Assembly: GCF_009914755.1 (NCBI RefSeq)
Contig: NC_060929.1
DNA from: the human T2T-CHM13v2.0 reference genome, Homo sapiens
DNA: 64,000 bases
Reading direction: 5' to 3' (one strand)
The notes under the pieces were generated by a model. That model was given only the letters and a program-made list of their open reading frames with translations, made no database searches and was not told the DNA's origin. The number at the start of each line of letters is the position of its first letter. Position 1 is the first letter of the stretch. The position numbers were made by a program, and so were the translations under genes. This document shows positions 16,470-29,673 of the stretch, piece after piece.

Positions 16470-16790
16470 TTTTTTATTTTATTTTTATTTTTATTTATTT
16501 ATTTATTTATTTATTTTTTGAAAGAGTCCAGCTCTATGCAGTGGCATGATCTTGATCTAGGCTCACTGTAACCTCCACCTCCCGGGTTCAAGCAATTTTG
16601 GTGCATCAGCCTCCCAAGCTGCTGGGATTACAGGTGCATGCCACCACGCTTGGTTAATTTTTTTATTTTTAGTAGAGATGGGGTTTCACCATATTGGCCA
16701 GGCTGGTCTTCAGCTCCTGACCTCAAGCGATCTGCCCACCTTATCCTCCCAAAGTGCTGTCCTTACAGGCGTGAGCCACTGTGCCTGGCC
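16470..16790 (-). mobile_element. AluS with (TTTA)n tail
   Basis: Reverse Alu; TSD ta(cg/ca)tcttgtttt. Confidence 0.88.
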
Positions 16791-17472
16791 TACATCTTGT
16801 TTTAATGTGGTACATTTACTACAATTGATGAAATGATACTGACACTGATTACTAACTAATGTCTATAATTTACATTAGAATTCACACTTTTTGTTGTATG
16901 TTTTATTGTTTTTGGTTTTTGGTTTGTTTTGTTTTAAGAGACAGGTCTCATTAATGTTGCCCAGGCTGAAGTCAAATTTCTGGACTCAAACGATCTCCCA
17001 AGTATCTGGGACTATAGTCAAGCACTGTAGGTTTTGACAAATATATAACATGTATCCACCATTACTATATTATGCAAAATAGTTTCACTTTCCAAAAACT
17101 CTCCTGTGCTCCATCTTCATCCCTCCATTACATAAAAATAAAGATCCTAGCCCTTTTAATTTCATGTTTTACTATTCAAAGCATTTGGTCTTTTAAGTCT
17201 CATAAAAATCCAGTGAGGTAAATATGAATCCTATCATTGCTATCCTGCAAATAATAAAATGGAGGAATGTGAAGGAATGGTAGAGAAGTTAAAAAGAGTA
17301 AGGGTGAATGTGGGTTTAAAAAAAGAAATACTCTCTCAACATCAAAAGAAAAGGACATAGGAATAGATGGTTTAATACTTTGTGAAAAGGAAATACATAC
17401 ACCTTTCCACAGCTAATTTAAAAGAGGAAGAATAAATGTAAAGTTGACAATAATACAGATAAGAAAGTAATA

Positions 17473-17780
17473 GGCTGGGTGTGGTGGCTCATGCCTGTAA
17501 TCCTAACCCTTTGGAAGGCTGAGGCCAGAGGATTGCTTGAAGCTATGAGTTCTAGACCAACCTGGGCAACTTGGCATTTTTTTTATTTAGCTGGGCATGG
17601 TGGTACACTCCTGCATTCCTAGCTCCTTGGGAGAGAGGCAGGAAAATCGCTTGAGTCCACAAGTTCAAGGCTGCAGTGAGCCATGATTGCACCACTGTAC
17701 TCCAGCCTGGTGACAGAGAGAGACCTTGTATTTTAAACAAAAAAAAAAAAAAAAAAAAAAAGAAGAAGAAGAAGAAGGTA
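17473..17780 (+). mobile_element. AluJ-like with A/(GAA)n tail
   Basis: Diverged dimeric Alu. Confidence 0.85.
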
Positions 17781-18103
17781 ATAGCTTGGGATAGCATCTG
17801 AATTTCTTAATTAGGAATGAAAAGTTTGCTTTTATATTCTTAGGTTGGTTACACACAGAAAAGTTCATAGCCTCTTTCATCCTCACTGAGGAAAACAATT
17901 TTCCATTCTTTTCTAGATGTTTTAGTTCATTTTGAAAATTAGTTTAGAATGGTATGTCTCTTATTATTCTAAACTCTTATCTTTGATAATTTTAGAGAAA
18001 AGAGACAGGATACTTAAGGTTCTGGTTTCTGTTGCACTTTTCAGTTAATTGATACATGTTCAATTTTATAAGTAATATATTACATTCTATTATAAAGAAC
18101 CTC

Positions 18104-18212
18104 CTTGAACCCAGAAGTTAGAAGTTACAGTGAGCTATGATCATACCACTGTACTCCAGCCTGGGTGACAGAGCAAGACCCTGTCTCTTAAAATTATTTA
18201 AAAAAAAAAAAA
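18104..18212 (+). mobile_element. 5'-truncated AluJ-like right arm
   Basis: TSD tataaagaacctc at 18091-18103 and 18242-18254. Confidence 0.85.
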
Positions 18213-18466
18213 GGGACCCCTGCCTTTCGGGGTCCAATTACTATAAAGAACCTCAAGATTTTCGATATCAACTGAAAAAAATGAAGGAAAAATAAATCAT
18301 TGCAGTGTATGTTCTTTTTATTTGTATTGAAATCGTTAACATGTTCTGTTGTTGATCTTTGGAGGGTACATCATCCAGTTCCTATCCAAAGGAACAATCA
18401 CAGCCATGGTTTTTCTTTTAAAAGATGCTAGAGAATTTTCTCCGTCTCTGTCTCCACCCCTCTCAG

Positions 18467-18665
18467 TGTGTCTACGTTTGGGTCAAGAGCATATTTGCAA
18501 CCAATGGATACACGCCAGTACTTATACTGCCTAAAGCCAAAGAATGAATTTGCAGAAAAAGCAGGCATCATTAAGGGAGTAACAGTAATTGGAAAATTGG
18601 ATATAGTATGGAAAACAAATCTAGGTGAAAGGGGAAGGTTACAGACCAGCCAACTTCAAAGAATG
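18467..18665 (+). CDS. TRAPPC13: TRAPPC13 exon ([25 protein letters not shown]...[14 protein letters not shown])
   Basis: tctcag| acceptor, ATG|gtgagt donor; 199 nt; matches ORF 18468-18716 up to the donor. Confidence 0.96.
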
Positions 18666-19818
18666 GTGAGTCTGGAAAAAACTTCGCTGGGGTTTTGGTG
18701 TGTGAAAGACAGGTAGTTAGAACAACTTAATTTTTTCTACATCCAGCAGTAAAAAATTGGAGCACTATAAAAGGCATTACTACTACTGGAGCAGAAAAGA
18801 TTAATAGTGTCACTGATAGGTAGGTCGAAGACTGGTGTTGCCATGAATGAAAAATGGTCAAATGTTAATTTATCCTTAATACACGTGTTCTTTATCACAC
18901 AGAAATTAAAATAACTGTTTATTAAGTGTCTCTCCTTTGGTAACACATGCTCACTCTTCTTCTGATTTCCAAACACATTAAGGTTTTCTATTTTGCAATG
19001 TCCTGAAACTCTTGGACTTACTTCATTCACCTACTCAGTTCCTACCATTTTTAAGATGTTAAAAATCTGAGGCATCTCCTCAGAAGGTGAGTTCTACTAA
19101 AGTTATCTTATAAGCATTGGTTGCATATTTTACCTAATTTCTTCTCTGAGAGTAGGGATAGCTACCAGGCTTCTTTTTCTTATGCTTGTAAGAATATACG
19201 ACAGGATTCTCCTCCCTTTATGCTGAATATTACCTGTTTTGACATATTCCAAATTTTACTTTTCTTTCCACTGTTTGAGGCAATAATTTTTAAAAAATGA
19301 TGATGATGATTCCTGGGCCCACTTAAATATAGCCGTTAGTTATTTTTCTGCCATGGCCTGTTCCAAGCTTTCATGTTGTTATAATCCATCCTCATCTGTG
19401 CGTCTTGTAAAAAGTCATGATTTTCTTCCTGGCTCCTTTCAACATCATCCCCCTCTTTCTTTAGAAAATAACTTTACCTATTTAGAGTTACACACATAGA
19501 AGCTACAGCATCTGGAAAGTGTCCCTTCAACTCCCTGAAATTTCTTTACTGACTACTTACCTGTGAGATTCATCTTAACTCTACTGAACATGGAATAATT
19601 ATATAACAAAAACAGTCCAGGTCTGCCGGGCTATTCCACAGGCAGTAGCTGCAAAAGAACTTAAAATGAGAGACAAGTAAAGTGAATCAGAAGTATTTTC
19701 TTAGAACATCAGCTTGGAAACCCAACAGCTGTTGAGTAAATGTGCTGCTGTGGTGCCTTCATTAAAATGGAAAGGTTTTGTGATAGATATACATTAACTG
19801 TGTTGCTTGTTTTCTTAG

Positions 19819-19919
19819 GCTCCAGGTTATGGAGATGTTAGGTTGTCTTTGGAGGCAATACCAGATACCGTAAACCTTGAAGAACCTTTTCATATTACCT
19901 GTAAAATAACAAACTGCAG
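19819..19919 (+). CDS. TRAPPC13: TRAPPC13 exon ([34 protein letters not shown])
   Basis: tcttag| acceptor, AG|gtaatg donor; 101 nt, phase 0 to 2. Confidence 0.95.
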
Positions 19920-22002
19920 GTAATGCCACTGTTTGTAGATGGATGTCCTTTCTACCTCACCTGCCTAGAAGATAATTTTAAAATCTTTTTGTTACTATCT
20001 CCTTTTAAGTTTTCCTCTTGACATACAGCCTTCTCTGATGTTGATATTGAGTACTGTAAAATTCTTCATCTGGTAGCAGTATAATTACATATTTTTAAGG
20101 GCCTATTGTATTATGCATCTTCTGTATTTTATTTCATTCATTTGTCACACCCTATGAGGTAGGTATTCATTGTTTATACTTCCTTCACCAAAACATGAAC
20201 TAATAGGTTCTTATGTATTAATATATTATGAATTGAAGTAGCAAGATTTTTTGAGGCATGCTTGTACTTGAGCTGTATCTTGAGTATTAAGAAACCAAAC
20301 ATTGCTTATGGATTTAATGTAAGGGGAGATCATTGATTCGAAAACTGGGTTTTGACAGTAAAGAGAGAGCATAATCTGAACTGTCAGGAAGCAAAGAGCA
20401 CAGGGCTTTGAAACCAGAAAAAAATAGAATTAAGTTCCAGTCCTATGCCCTCTGCTCCTACTTGTATTACCACTTGGTTTGTATTATTATTTGGGGTATT
20501 TTTATAATATTGCAGTGATGAATCCTAGTCCTCTTAGTGTGAATGTATAATCCTTTTAATTCCATATTTATTCTTTTTGGTATTAGAAAGATAGGAAATA
20601 TTTATCCTTCAAAATTACAGAAATACCCACTTCCTCTATGAAGCTACCTAGACTTTCCAAAGCACAGGTATTCATGCCTTCTCCATCATAGAAAATTTTA
20701 ACTTAGTTTTTTAGTGACACTCATATATTGTGTATTTAGTGACACTCATATATTACTGTAAGTATTAGTCTCTTTCTCACTGGACTGGAATTATTCAGGA
20801 GAAGGGACATGGCCTTACTCAGTGTCTGCCACATCGTGAGCTCAGTAAACAACAATACAGGGCAAAGACCCTGTGCTTATAGGGTGTTACAGGGTGTTGG
20901 GGAATTTTTGGTTTTTTTTTTAAGTTTTTTCAGCAAATCAGTTTATTGACCAGCTCACAAGTGTTATTTTTTTCAAAAGTTAACTTCTCTTGGTGTTCAC
21001 TTTAACTTTTGGTGATTCATACAAGTTTTCTAAAAAGCACATGTCTCTTAGATCTTTAGTTTCCTCTCTATATAAATGTCATTCCCTGCCCCTACACACC
21101 AGGGACATGCACAGACACATGCACACAACATATATAAGTCTTACTGGATTTTTGTGAAATTAACAATATTCATGTAGTGCATCCACCTTGGTCTCTGGCA
21201 CATAGTAGCCATCTCAAATGCTTGTTAGGGAGATTCAGGCATATACAAGTTAATATTATAAAGTCAATATGTCTAAAAAAAATAAAATTTAAATAAGCAA
21301 TTTAAAATTTGGAGCCAAGTATAAGAATAAACAGCTAAAAGCCATAAGTAGCCGTGAATGGTGGTAGGAGACTATTTTTCATTATGAGCCTTTTGGTTAT
21401 TTAAAGAAGAACAATGTGCATACTTTCATTAAAAGTTTTTTTAACTTATTTAAGCTGAACTGGTGATATCTATTATAAGCAGAAGTAGTCTTTTCTTGGT
21501 AAATAATCCAGTTAGCAAACCTGAATAGTATTTATGTCTTATGAATCCTGCCAGTTGTTTCCCAAGTTATGGTAAAGTAACATAGATTAGATATCAAAAG
21601 GACTAGACCAGAATCAGTTGTTTTCTTCTTTTCCTGTAGAGTACCTAACAGAAATAGTGAGAATATATGGCAACAAGATTAGACACAAATGTGTGGAAGT
21701 CTCCCAGAAAAATGGTAGCACCAGATCAGCACCAGGAGGCCAGTGTTGAGTAATAGAACCAGAAGGCCAACATCCAGACAGGCAGATTAGTCTGAGGCTA
21801 TTTTAAGTGCTAGAAGGTGTGACTTCCTTTCATCTTCCTGGTTCTATCTTAAGTGACATAAAAAATGTTATAATAGCTTTTCTCTTTCTGGTTTTTATTC
21901 TCCTGGATATGGAGAAAACAAGTTTACTGTCACTAGTAGAAATATTGCAGTACCTCTTTGTGAAATGAACAAGATTTATTCCTATTATTCTGATTCCTCC
22001 AG

Positions 22003-22153
22003 CAGTGAAAGGACTATGGATCTGGTTTTGGAAATGTGCAATACCAATTCCATCCACTGGTGTGGAATTTCAGGAAGACAGCTGGGAAAGCTGCATCCAA
22101 GTTCTTCGCTCTGTCTTGCCCTTACTCTGCTTTCTTCAGTACAGGGACTGCAA
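22003..22153 (+). CDS. TRAPPC13: TRAPPC13 penultimate exon ([50 protein letters not shown]); alternative start at 22006
   Basis: CAGCAG tandem acceptor at 22000-22005; CAA|gtatgc donor; in frame with ORF 21965-22240. Confidence 0.95.
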
Positions 22154-22276
22154 GTATGCTGTCTTTTCAAAAATTCCAATATTTGGGTGCTGTTAACTTA
22201 CAAGTCATTTGTGATGTCTGTATTTCCTCTGAATGAATGAAAACTTAGACTCATCTCTCTCTCTCTCTCTCAATAG

Positions 22277-22384
22277 AGCATCTCTGGCTTAAGACTAACA
22301 GACACATTCTTAAAGAGAACATATGAATATGATGACATCGCACAAGTCTGTGTGGTATCTTCTGCCATTAAAGTGGAAAGCTGA
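22277..22384 (+). CDS. TRAPPC13: TRAPPC13 last coding exon ([35 protein letters not shown])
   Basis: (TC)9-aatag| acceptor; 35 codons then TGA at 22382-22384. Confidence 0.96.
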
Positions 22385-22692
22385 AGGAAACTTCCAATGT
22401 TAGGCTTTTCATTTAGTTTCACAGAACTGCTCTTTTTGTTACCTTTGTAAAATGATGACGTCAACAACGAAGTAAATATGTTACTTAAATTTTCTTTCCT
22501 GTAAAATGGTTAAAATATTAAATATTTGTTTTGAAGAGATCTGATTTTATCTTGTAATTTATATTTGAAATGAACATGTGTATATTTTCTACACCTATTA
22601 TTTAATTTCATTTCATTTTAGATGACCATTGGACTTTGTTCTCCAAAAGCTGTGTATCTGAGACCATTTGTCCCTAGCAAGTTATCTAGAAC

Positions 22693-23020
22693 ACGAGTCA
22701 GCACACTTTTTATGTAAGGTACAAGATACTAAATATTTTAGGCTTTGCAGGCCGTAAGGTTTCTGTCACAAATACTGAACTCTGCCATCGTACTTCAGAG
22801 CAGCCAGTAGGCAAAAAAAGTACAGTGGTGTACACAAAAAGAAGCAGTTGGACTCGGGAAGCTGAGGCAGGAGAATCACTTGAACCGGGGAGGCAGAGGT
22901 TGCAGTTAAGCCGAGATCATGCTACTGCACTCTAGCCTGAGCGACAGAGTGAGACTCTGTCTCAGAAAAAAAGAGGCAGCTGGGCAGATTTGGCCTGCAG
23001 GGTATAGTTGGCTGACCTCA
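22693..23020 (+). mobile_element. MER58-like hAT element interrupted by a 5'-truncated Alu (22852-22967), in the TRAPPC13 3'UTR
   Basis: agatactaaatattttaggctttgcaggcc motif; Alu TSD aaaaaga(a/g)gcag(t/c)tgg at 22836-22851 and 22968-22983. Confidence 0.8.
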
Positions 23021-23721
23021 ATCTAGAAGATAGAGTTGTTTCTTAGAACTTTGTAATATTTTGGTTAGAAATATTTCAGTTAACTCCAGTTTTTTCCTAG
23101 CTATTCGGTCAGCAGAAAAAGTTTGCTTAAAACAAAGGGGGTAGTCCTCTTATAACCTGATATTTGTCAACACAGTATAAGCTTTCTAGTTGTTTTCAAA
23201 ATTACTGTAATGGTTTGTGTCTGTATTTGTATATTATACCTACAAACATACATATCTTTCAGCTACTGAACACATCAGAATTGGTTTTACTTTTTAGGTT
23301 GTTGATTTTTTTTAATTAACTATTAACTAAGAATAATACTTATTTTCTAATTATAAGCCAAAAACCCCTGGGTTTTTTTCTCATTGATTAAGCCACTTAT
23401 TTTTATAAGGTATATTTAAATAATTCCCATCTTCTGATATGATTTTAAACTCTAAATCATGTGTTACTGTTACAAAACTTTCTCTCTCCATGTAATCACA
23501 CTTAGTTATGAGCAAAGCAGTGAGAAAGTTGAGGTGATAAACAACTTTGCAGCATTAATGTAACAAAAAGTTTCAGTATTTGTCAGGAAAACAAAAGCTT
23601 AGGCTGTTAAATAAAAGCTATTCTATTTTGGTAAGTTGAAATTCAAGAATGTATATATAATTTCTTAAATGTAAGAGTGCATTAAATCAAATACAAAAAT
23701 TGGTTTTTCAATGCATCATTA

Positions 23722-23727
23722 TTTATT
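23722..23727 (-). terminator. Candidate distal SGTB poly(A) signal
   Basis: TTTATT on + (AATAAA on -); on - it is followed by CA about 20 nt later (~23701) and a U-rich tract (tttttgtatttgattt). Confidence 0.65.
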
Positions 23728-23818
23728 GCCATAACAAATTGTTTGGTCCAAAATGAAAGCTATATTCAGAAGGTTTGCACCTCAAAATTGAGTAATAATT
23801 AATGAAATGTCTGTACAA

Positions 23819-23824
23819 AATAAA
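23819..23824 (+). terminator. Candidate TRAPPC13 poly(A) signal
   Basis: AATAAA with upstream TGTA (23812) and downstream GT-rich gtctgtctttgtttc. Confidence 0.6.
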
Positions 23825-24649
23825 GTGCAAGCAGTGTAAAATTGAAGTCTGTCTTTGTTTCAAAATGATTAAGATTAAATGATGAAATAATATTTTATAG
23901 CCACTGCATTGGATACTTGGATTGTTTTTCAAGCATCTTCTTATGACTAAATCTTCTGTTTCATTCTGTTTTAAATCTAAAAAGTAAAATGATGGTCACT
24001 TGGAATCTGCTCTATATTTTAATTATAGTCTCTTCTGTTTATAAACAATAACTTACACATATTTTTCATAGTTTTAAGTAAAGATTAAATAATGCCATCT
24101 TAGAAAGGATCTGTTTAACCTATATTATAAAAGTTAGATACACAATTTGGTACATTAAATGAAAATGTCATTTGCATATATAGAACCTGTTCTGTTTTAC
24201 ACAGTATCATAATAGCTACAGCTACTACAAGAAATATGGTTAATGGAAGTCAAACATTTAGTACGATGCTTAAAGAGTTACTTTAATAATGCCCTCTTAT
24301 TTTTCTAGTTAGATAGCAACTATATTTCCCAGACAAGCAAGAAAATATATGGGGCATTTTTTATAAATTTAAAAGTAGCTAGCACAATCCAACCACGCAA
24401 CTTTTTTTGAAATAGCTTGCAATGCTATGATTCCAAAGTGATCAAGGTACTTGAAGAGCAAAAATGGCTTGAATAGAATGGAAATGTAGGCAAGTGGACA
24501 GATAGCATCTAGATTGAATTTGTTACAGGTGGTATATTAGCAAAGAAATAGAAAAATGAAATGGAAGAAATATACCAATTCCCATTATTTCATGTAAAAA
24601 GAATGGCTAATTTAACTACAGATGTTAGCACATGAAGACATTGTTTTAA

Positions 24650-25100
24650 AGTTTTTTTTCTTATAGTATCTTTGTCTGGGTAATACTGGTCAAATAAAAT
24701 GAGTTGGGAAGTATTTCCTCCTCTTCTGTTTCCTGGAAGAGATTGTTTAGAATTGATATTATTTCTCCCTTAAGTGTTTGGTAAAATTCATCACGGAAGT
24801 TATCTGGGCCTGTAGTTTTCTTTACTGGAAGGTTTTTAACTTAACCACAAACTCAATTTCCTTAATAAATATGGTTCTGTTTAGGTTATCTGTTTCTACA
24901 GTGAGCTTTCTAGTTTGTATCCTATAGGGAATCTGTTTCATCTAAGTTGTTAAATATACAATCCTTGAGTTGGTCATGGTGTTTTCTAGTTAGCCTTTTA
25001 ATAACTATAGTGTCTGTAGTGTATTCCCTCTTTCATTTCTGACACTGAATTTGTATCTTCTGTTTTTCTAGGCAGTCAGCTAGAAGCTTATCTTATTGCT
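24650..25100 (-). mobile_element. Old L1M fragment
   Basis: aaatgagttgggaagtatttcctcctcttctg resembles reverse L1 ORF2. Confidence 0.7.
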
Positions 25101-25460
25101 CTAAAAGCATTTTTAATGCACTCAAGATAGTTATGCTAGAAACTTTAACTTCTTATTCAACACTGAATATGAGTGACTAATTTTTAATTAAGGATCTATT
25201 TTGCTTTTTATATCACAGTAATGACTTCTATGTGTTAGTAGTAGTACTTCGTTCTGTGTAATACTGGAATACTAGGAGTTCATTCTAACTTAATGAAAAT
25301 CAAAGTTGGCTTAGATGGAATATGAATTTAACTTCTGAGGGCCGAAGACTTAAATTGTGCTCTTTTTAAATTCTGCAGAACTATATATCTTCATACAGAT
25401 CTTCGTTGTAGCTTTAGCCCAGGTGCTTAGGTGTTTGCAGGTCTGAGAAACCTCTAACCT

Positions 25461-25641
25461 AGTGTTCCTCTAAATTAGAGTCCTTGGATCTGTATCAAAA
25501 CCACCTAGTGTACTGTTTAAAAATGGCCATTCCTAGGCCTTATTACAGGACCTACTGTATCAGAATTGAACACGTGGCCCTGAATCTGCATCTTTAATGA
25601 ATTATCCAGGTGATTCTTACAATGAAGTTATAGAACTACTG
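25461..25641. mobile_element. MER5-like hAT element
   Basis: gaatctgcatctttaat...ccaggtgattctta...agaactactg. Confidence 0.7.
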
Positions 25642-25705
25642 TTCTAATGTCACAAAGGAGAAAGAGAAAAGTTGGATTTTAAACTTCAAGATACAAAATA
25701 ATTAG

Positions 25706-26025
<320 letters not shown>

Positions 26026-26097
26026 TAGTCTTTTGATAAGGGTTCTATAAGGCCTAATCATCTGCATTATTACTCATTTAATTGTATATTACTTCCT

Positions 26098-26682
<585 letters not shown>

Positions 26683-28016
26683 CCCCACAAAATTTATATT
26701 ACTTCCTTTTTCAGTTTTCCCTCGTAAAACTTGTGAAGTCATTACATGTCAGCACCAATTTCATTATTAATAAACAAAAAATATACTCTAGTTGGAATTA
26801 AACTCTCATCATCAATGTAGTTAGACCCATGCAATTAATACCTAATGCCCCTTTTCTCCACTAACTAATATGGCATCTAATTTATAATAAAATATTTTAA
26901 GTCTCCTGTTATATTTAAATTGCATCAAATTTAAATTATGTTAATTATAAGACTGGCATGCCAAGCCAAATTATCACAGAAGATTACATGAACAAGCAAT
27001 GTTAGTGATAGATGCTTTTTGTTATCCATCAAATAATTACTAAGTTTTCTTTTTAAAAAAAATCAGTGTTTATGGGCACAGAATTAAATACCATTTAGAA
27101 AATCCTTAACTAAGGACCAGGTCACTGGCTTAGTTAAAGTATATTTATATTTGATAGTTTACAAGGTAAGGTTACCATTGGGGAAATTGTGATAATTAAG
27201 TCAAACAGTTGTACCACTGACCTAACCAGTACATTAAGGATTTCTAAATGTATCTTATTGTGTATTTAGCATAAGTGGCCATGCTAATATTATCAATACC
27301 AAACTGCAGACAAGATTAGTTAAGAACTATGCAGAAAACCTGAGCATCCTACCTTTACTTTCTATACATTCGCATTACCAATTTTTTCTTTTCAAAACAT
27401 CCCTTGCATCAAGTGCTACTTTCTAACAGCTCTTAAGATTCTCTGTTCACCAGAACAAGCAACATTAAAGATAACATTGGTTCCCATGTTATATATTCAT
27501 TACTAATAGCACTTATCAAAGCTAAACCTAGATAATATTCCTTCTTTCCTGACATACTGCTCAGTGGCAAGTACACTTCTTCTCAACCAGCATAGGAAAC
27601 CTTTCCTTTGGGTCATTTCCCTTCTCAAAAAACTTTGCTTAAGGGAAATTGGAGCTAAAGAGCTTACCAACAAATAGCCCTACTAGAGTTCAATAAATAT
27701 ACTTTGCTATTAAGTCTAATACACAAATATGATAGAAGTTTGAAAATGGAACCTTATCCCAGTGCTATATTGGCACGTAACATGGCTAGTGATCATTTCA
27801 AAAGGAGTCATGTTATGTTTTGAGTTTGTTTGTGATAAACCTATTGTCTAAACAGATTTATTCTTTAAGAATATACACAAGAGGTTTTCCTCCATTATTT
27901 TCACACATCAGATATGGTGTTTGGTTTTTTGAAGGAGGGAGGGGGTACTATCTACAACAAATACTTCATTCATAGCCATAAACCATTTGTATCTTGGGCT
28001 TGAGCCCCTGGTTAAA

Positions 28017-28128
28017 TCAGGAATGCTCTTCAGCGCTGCTGCTGAATGATCTGCTCCGGATGTGATTTCTCAGTTGCTCTATAAGTTCAGGATTTTGTTG
28101 CTGTATCTGCTGAGCAAACTGCTGTCCC
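28017..28128 (-). CDS. SGTB: SGTB last coding exon (GQQFAQQIQQQNPELIEQLRNHIRSRSFSSSAEEHS*)
   Basis: Minus-strand ctacag| acceptor; Q-rich C-terminus of the SGT family; TGA at 28019-28017. Confidence 0.95.
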
Positions 28129-29673
28129 CTGTAGTAAAGAGGCAATGTGGTTTGAATAGGGAATTGCCAGTCACATTTACCCACGCAAAAAGAAATGCAG
28201 AAAATGTAGGAGCTACCTAAAGGGGGCTTTTTTCTATAAAAACAAGTTTCAGAGCCATGACTTTAGAATCTACAAGTTTACCAATGCCTCCATATAGCAT
28301 TATTACAATGCAGTGTTCTTTATAAGAAACAAAACACCCATGCTAAAAAAAATAAGTACCTCAACTGGGTGAAATCTACTTCTCTAGTGCTAATGACAAA
28401 GAAGCAAAGGGTAAGACGTATATGTTTTTATTGTATGTGCTCAAATACAATGCTTTTATACGCAAGTCTTAATAGTCTCATATAACACCCAGTTTGGGAT
28501 GCTTTTGGAGGTCACCTAACAAGTAATTTTAAAAACACTAAGAAGTTTAACACAAATTGTAGTATGTGACCCTCTATTGCCAGTGTTAGATGTCATTATA
28601 TGCCATTTAAAGGTCATTCTAAAAATGCAATATTCTAAGTGGATACACAGTTGTGCTGACAAACAACAAGTGGTACTGTGGCTTCATATAAAGTGTCCAG
28701 CGAGAGCATCAGACACAGATTCAAAAAGCAAAGTTGTCTTCGCCAATTTGATATAAGTGAAGGCAATGTGCTCAAGTAATGAGAAGATGCAAGTAGTTCC
28801 TCTAAGTGTTGACAGGCACTGAAAAAGTTTGAATAAAAATTTCCTGAATTGCCTGAACATTAAAGTATGTAACAAGTGATTTTAAACTATGTATGTGTAC
28901 CTAAATTGATATATATTTTAAGAGGATATTTGACCTTCATCTGTGTCCCTGAGTAGTTTGAAGTCTGCTGAAAAACTTCCTGGATCTTCATTGGGAAAAA
29001 ATGGGGGATTAATAGCTTTATATATATATGAGATCACAATTTATTTGGACATATGATTTTTACTGTTTGTCTCCATACCCTCAAAGTACCAGGTCACCAA
29101 TCCTTGGGACCCTCTGTAAGCAGAGATACAGTATTGATACCCCCACTTAAAAACCAAGGACCCTAATTTCATGCTGACAACACAATCAAGTAAAATTAGG
29201 CTGCAAATGAAAAGACTGAATGTGCTATGGGTTCCTTAGTAAGTCACTAACCTGTACCTCAGTTTCTCTAGCCATTGGGTAGGGATATAAATTATCTACT
29301 TTTCTAATATCTGTCCCTCACCTGCCTTATTGAGATGGTGCCAAAAAAGAAAAGAAGAAAAAGATTCTGCTGGTACTTGAAAGTCCCAAAAAATAAAGCA
29401 TAATGAACCGGGGGCGGGGGGAAGCATAATAAACATGGTTCTTTTTCTCAACAGACAGGGCTGGCCAGACTATCTAGGTATGGATTCCTGCCCTGCAGTC
29501 TAAAAAGTGGTTGTAATTCATGAACTTCTTTCAGATTTAGTAACATTAAGGAGGCTAAAGTTACTAACGGTAAAAGATAAACATTTAAAAAGAAAGCCCT
29601 GACCCCTCACCATAGAGATAGGCTGTAAAACATAAAATACATCTTCACTATTTCTGTTTTAAATAATACTTAC

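Larger units (their letters stand above)
22385..23900 (+). other. TRAPPC13: TRAPPC13 3'UTR (end approximate)
   Basis: Follows the stop; candidate poly(A) signals AATAAA 23610-23615, AATAAA 23819-23824, ATTAAA 23874-23879. Confidence 0.7.

Noticed and set aside
18666-18716. Read-through of a TRAPPC13 exon into the intron ([16 protein letters not shown])
   Set aside because: Strong gtgagt donor; the extension is short and unsupported.
21830-22467. Several overlapping alternative-frame and antisense ORFs over the last TRAPPC13 exons
   Set aside because: Shadow ORFs of real coding sequence with no independent support.
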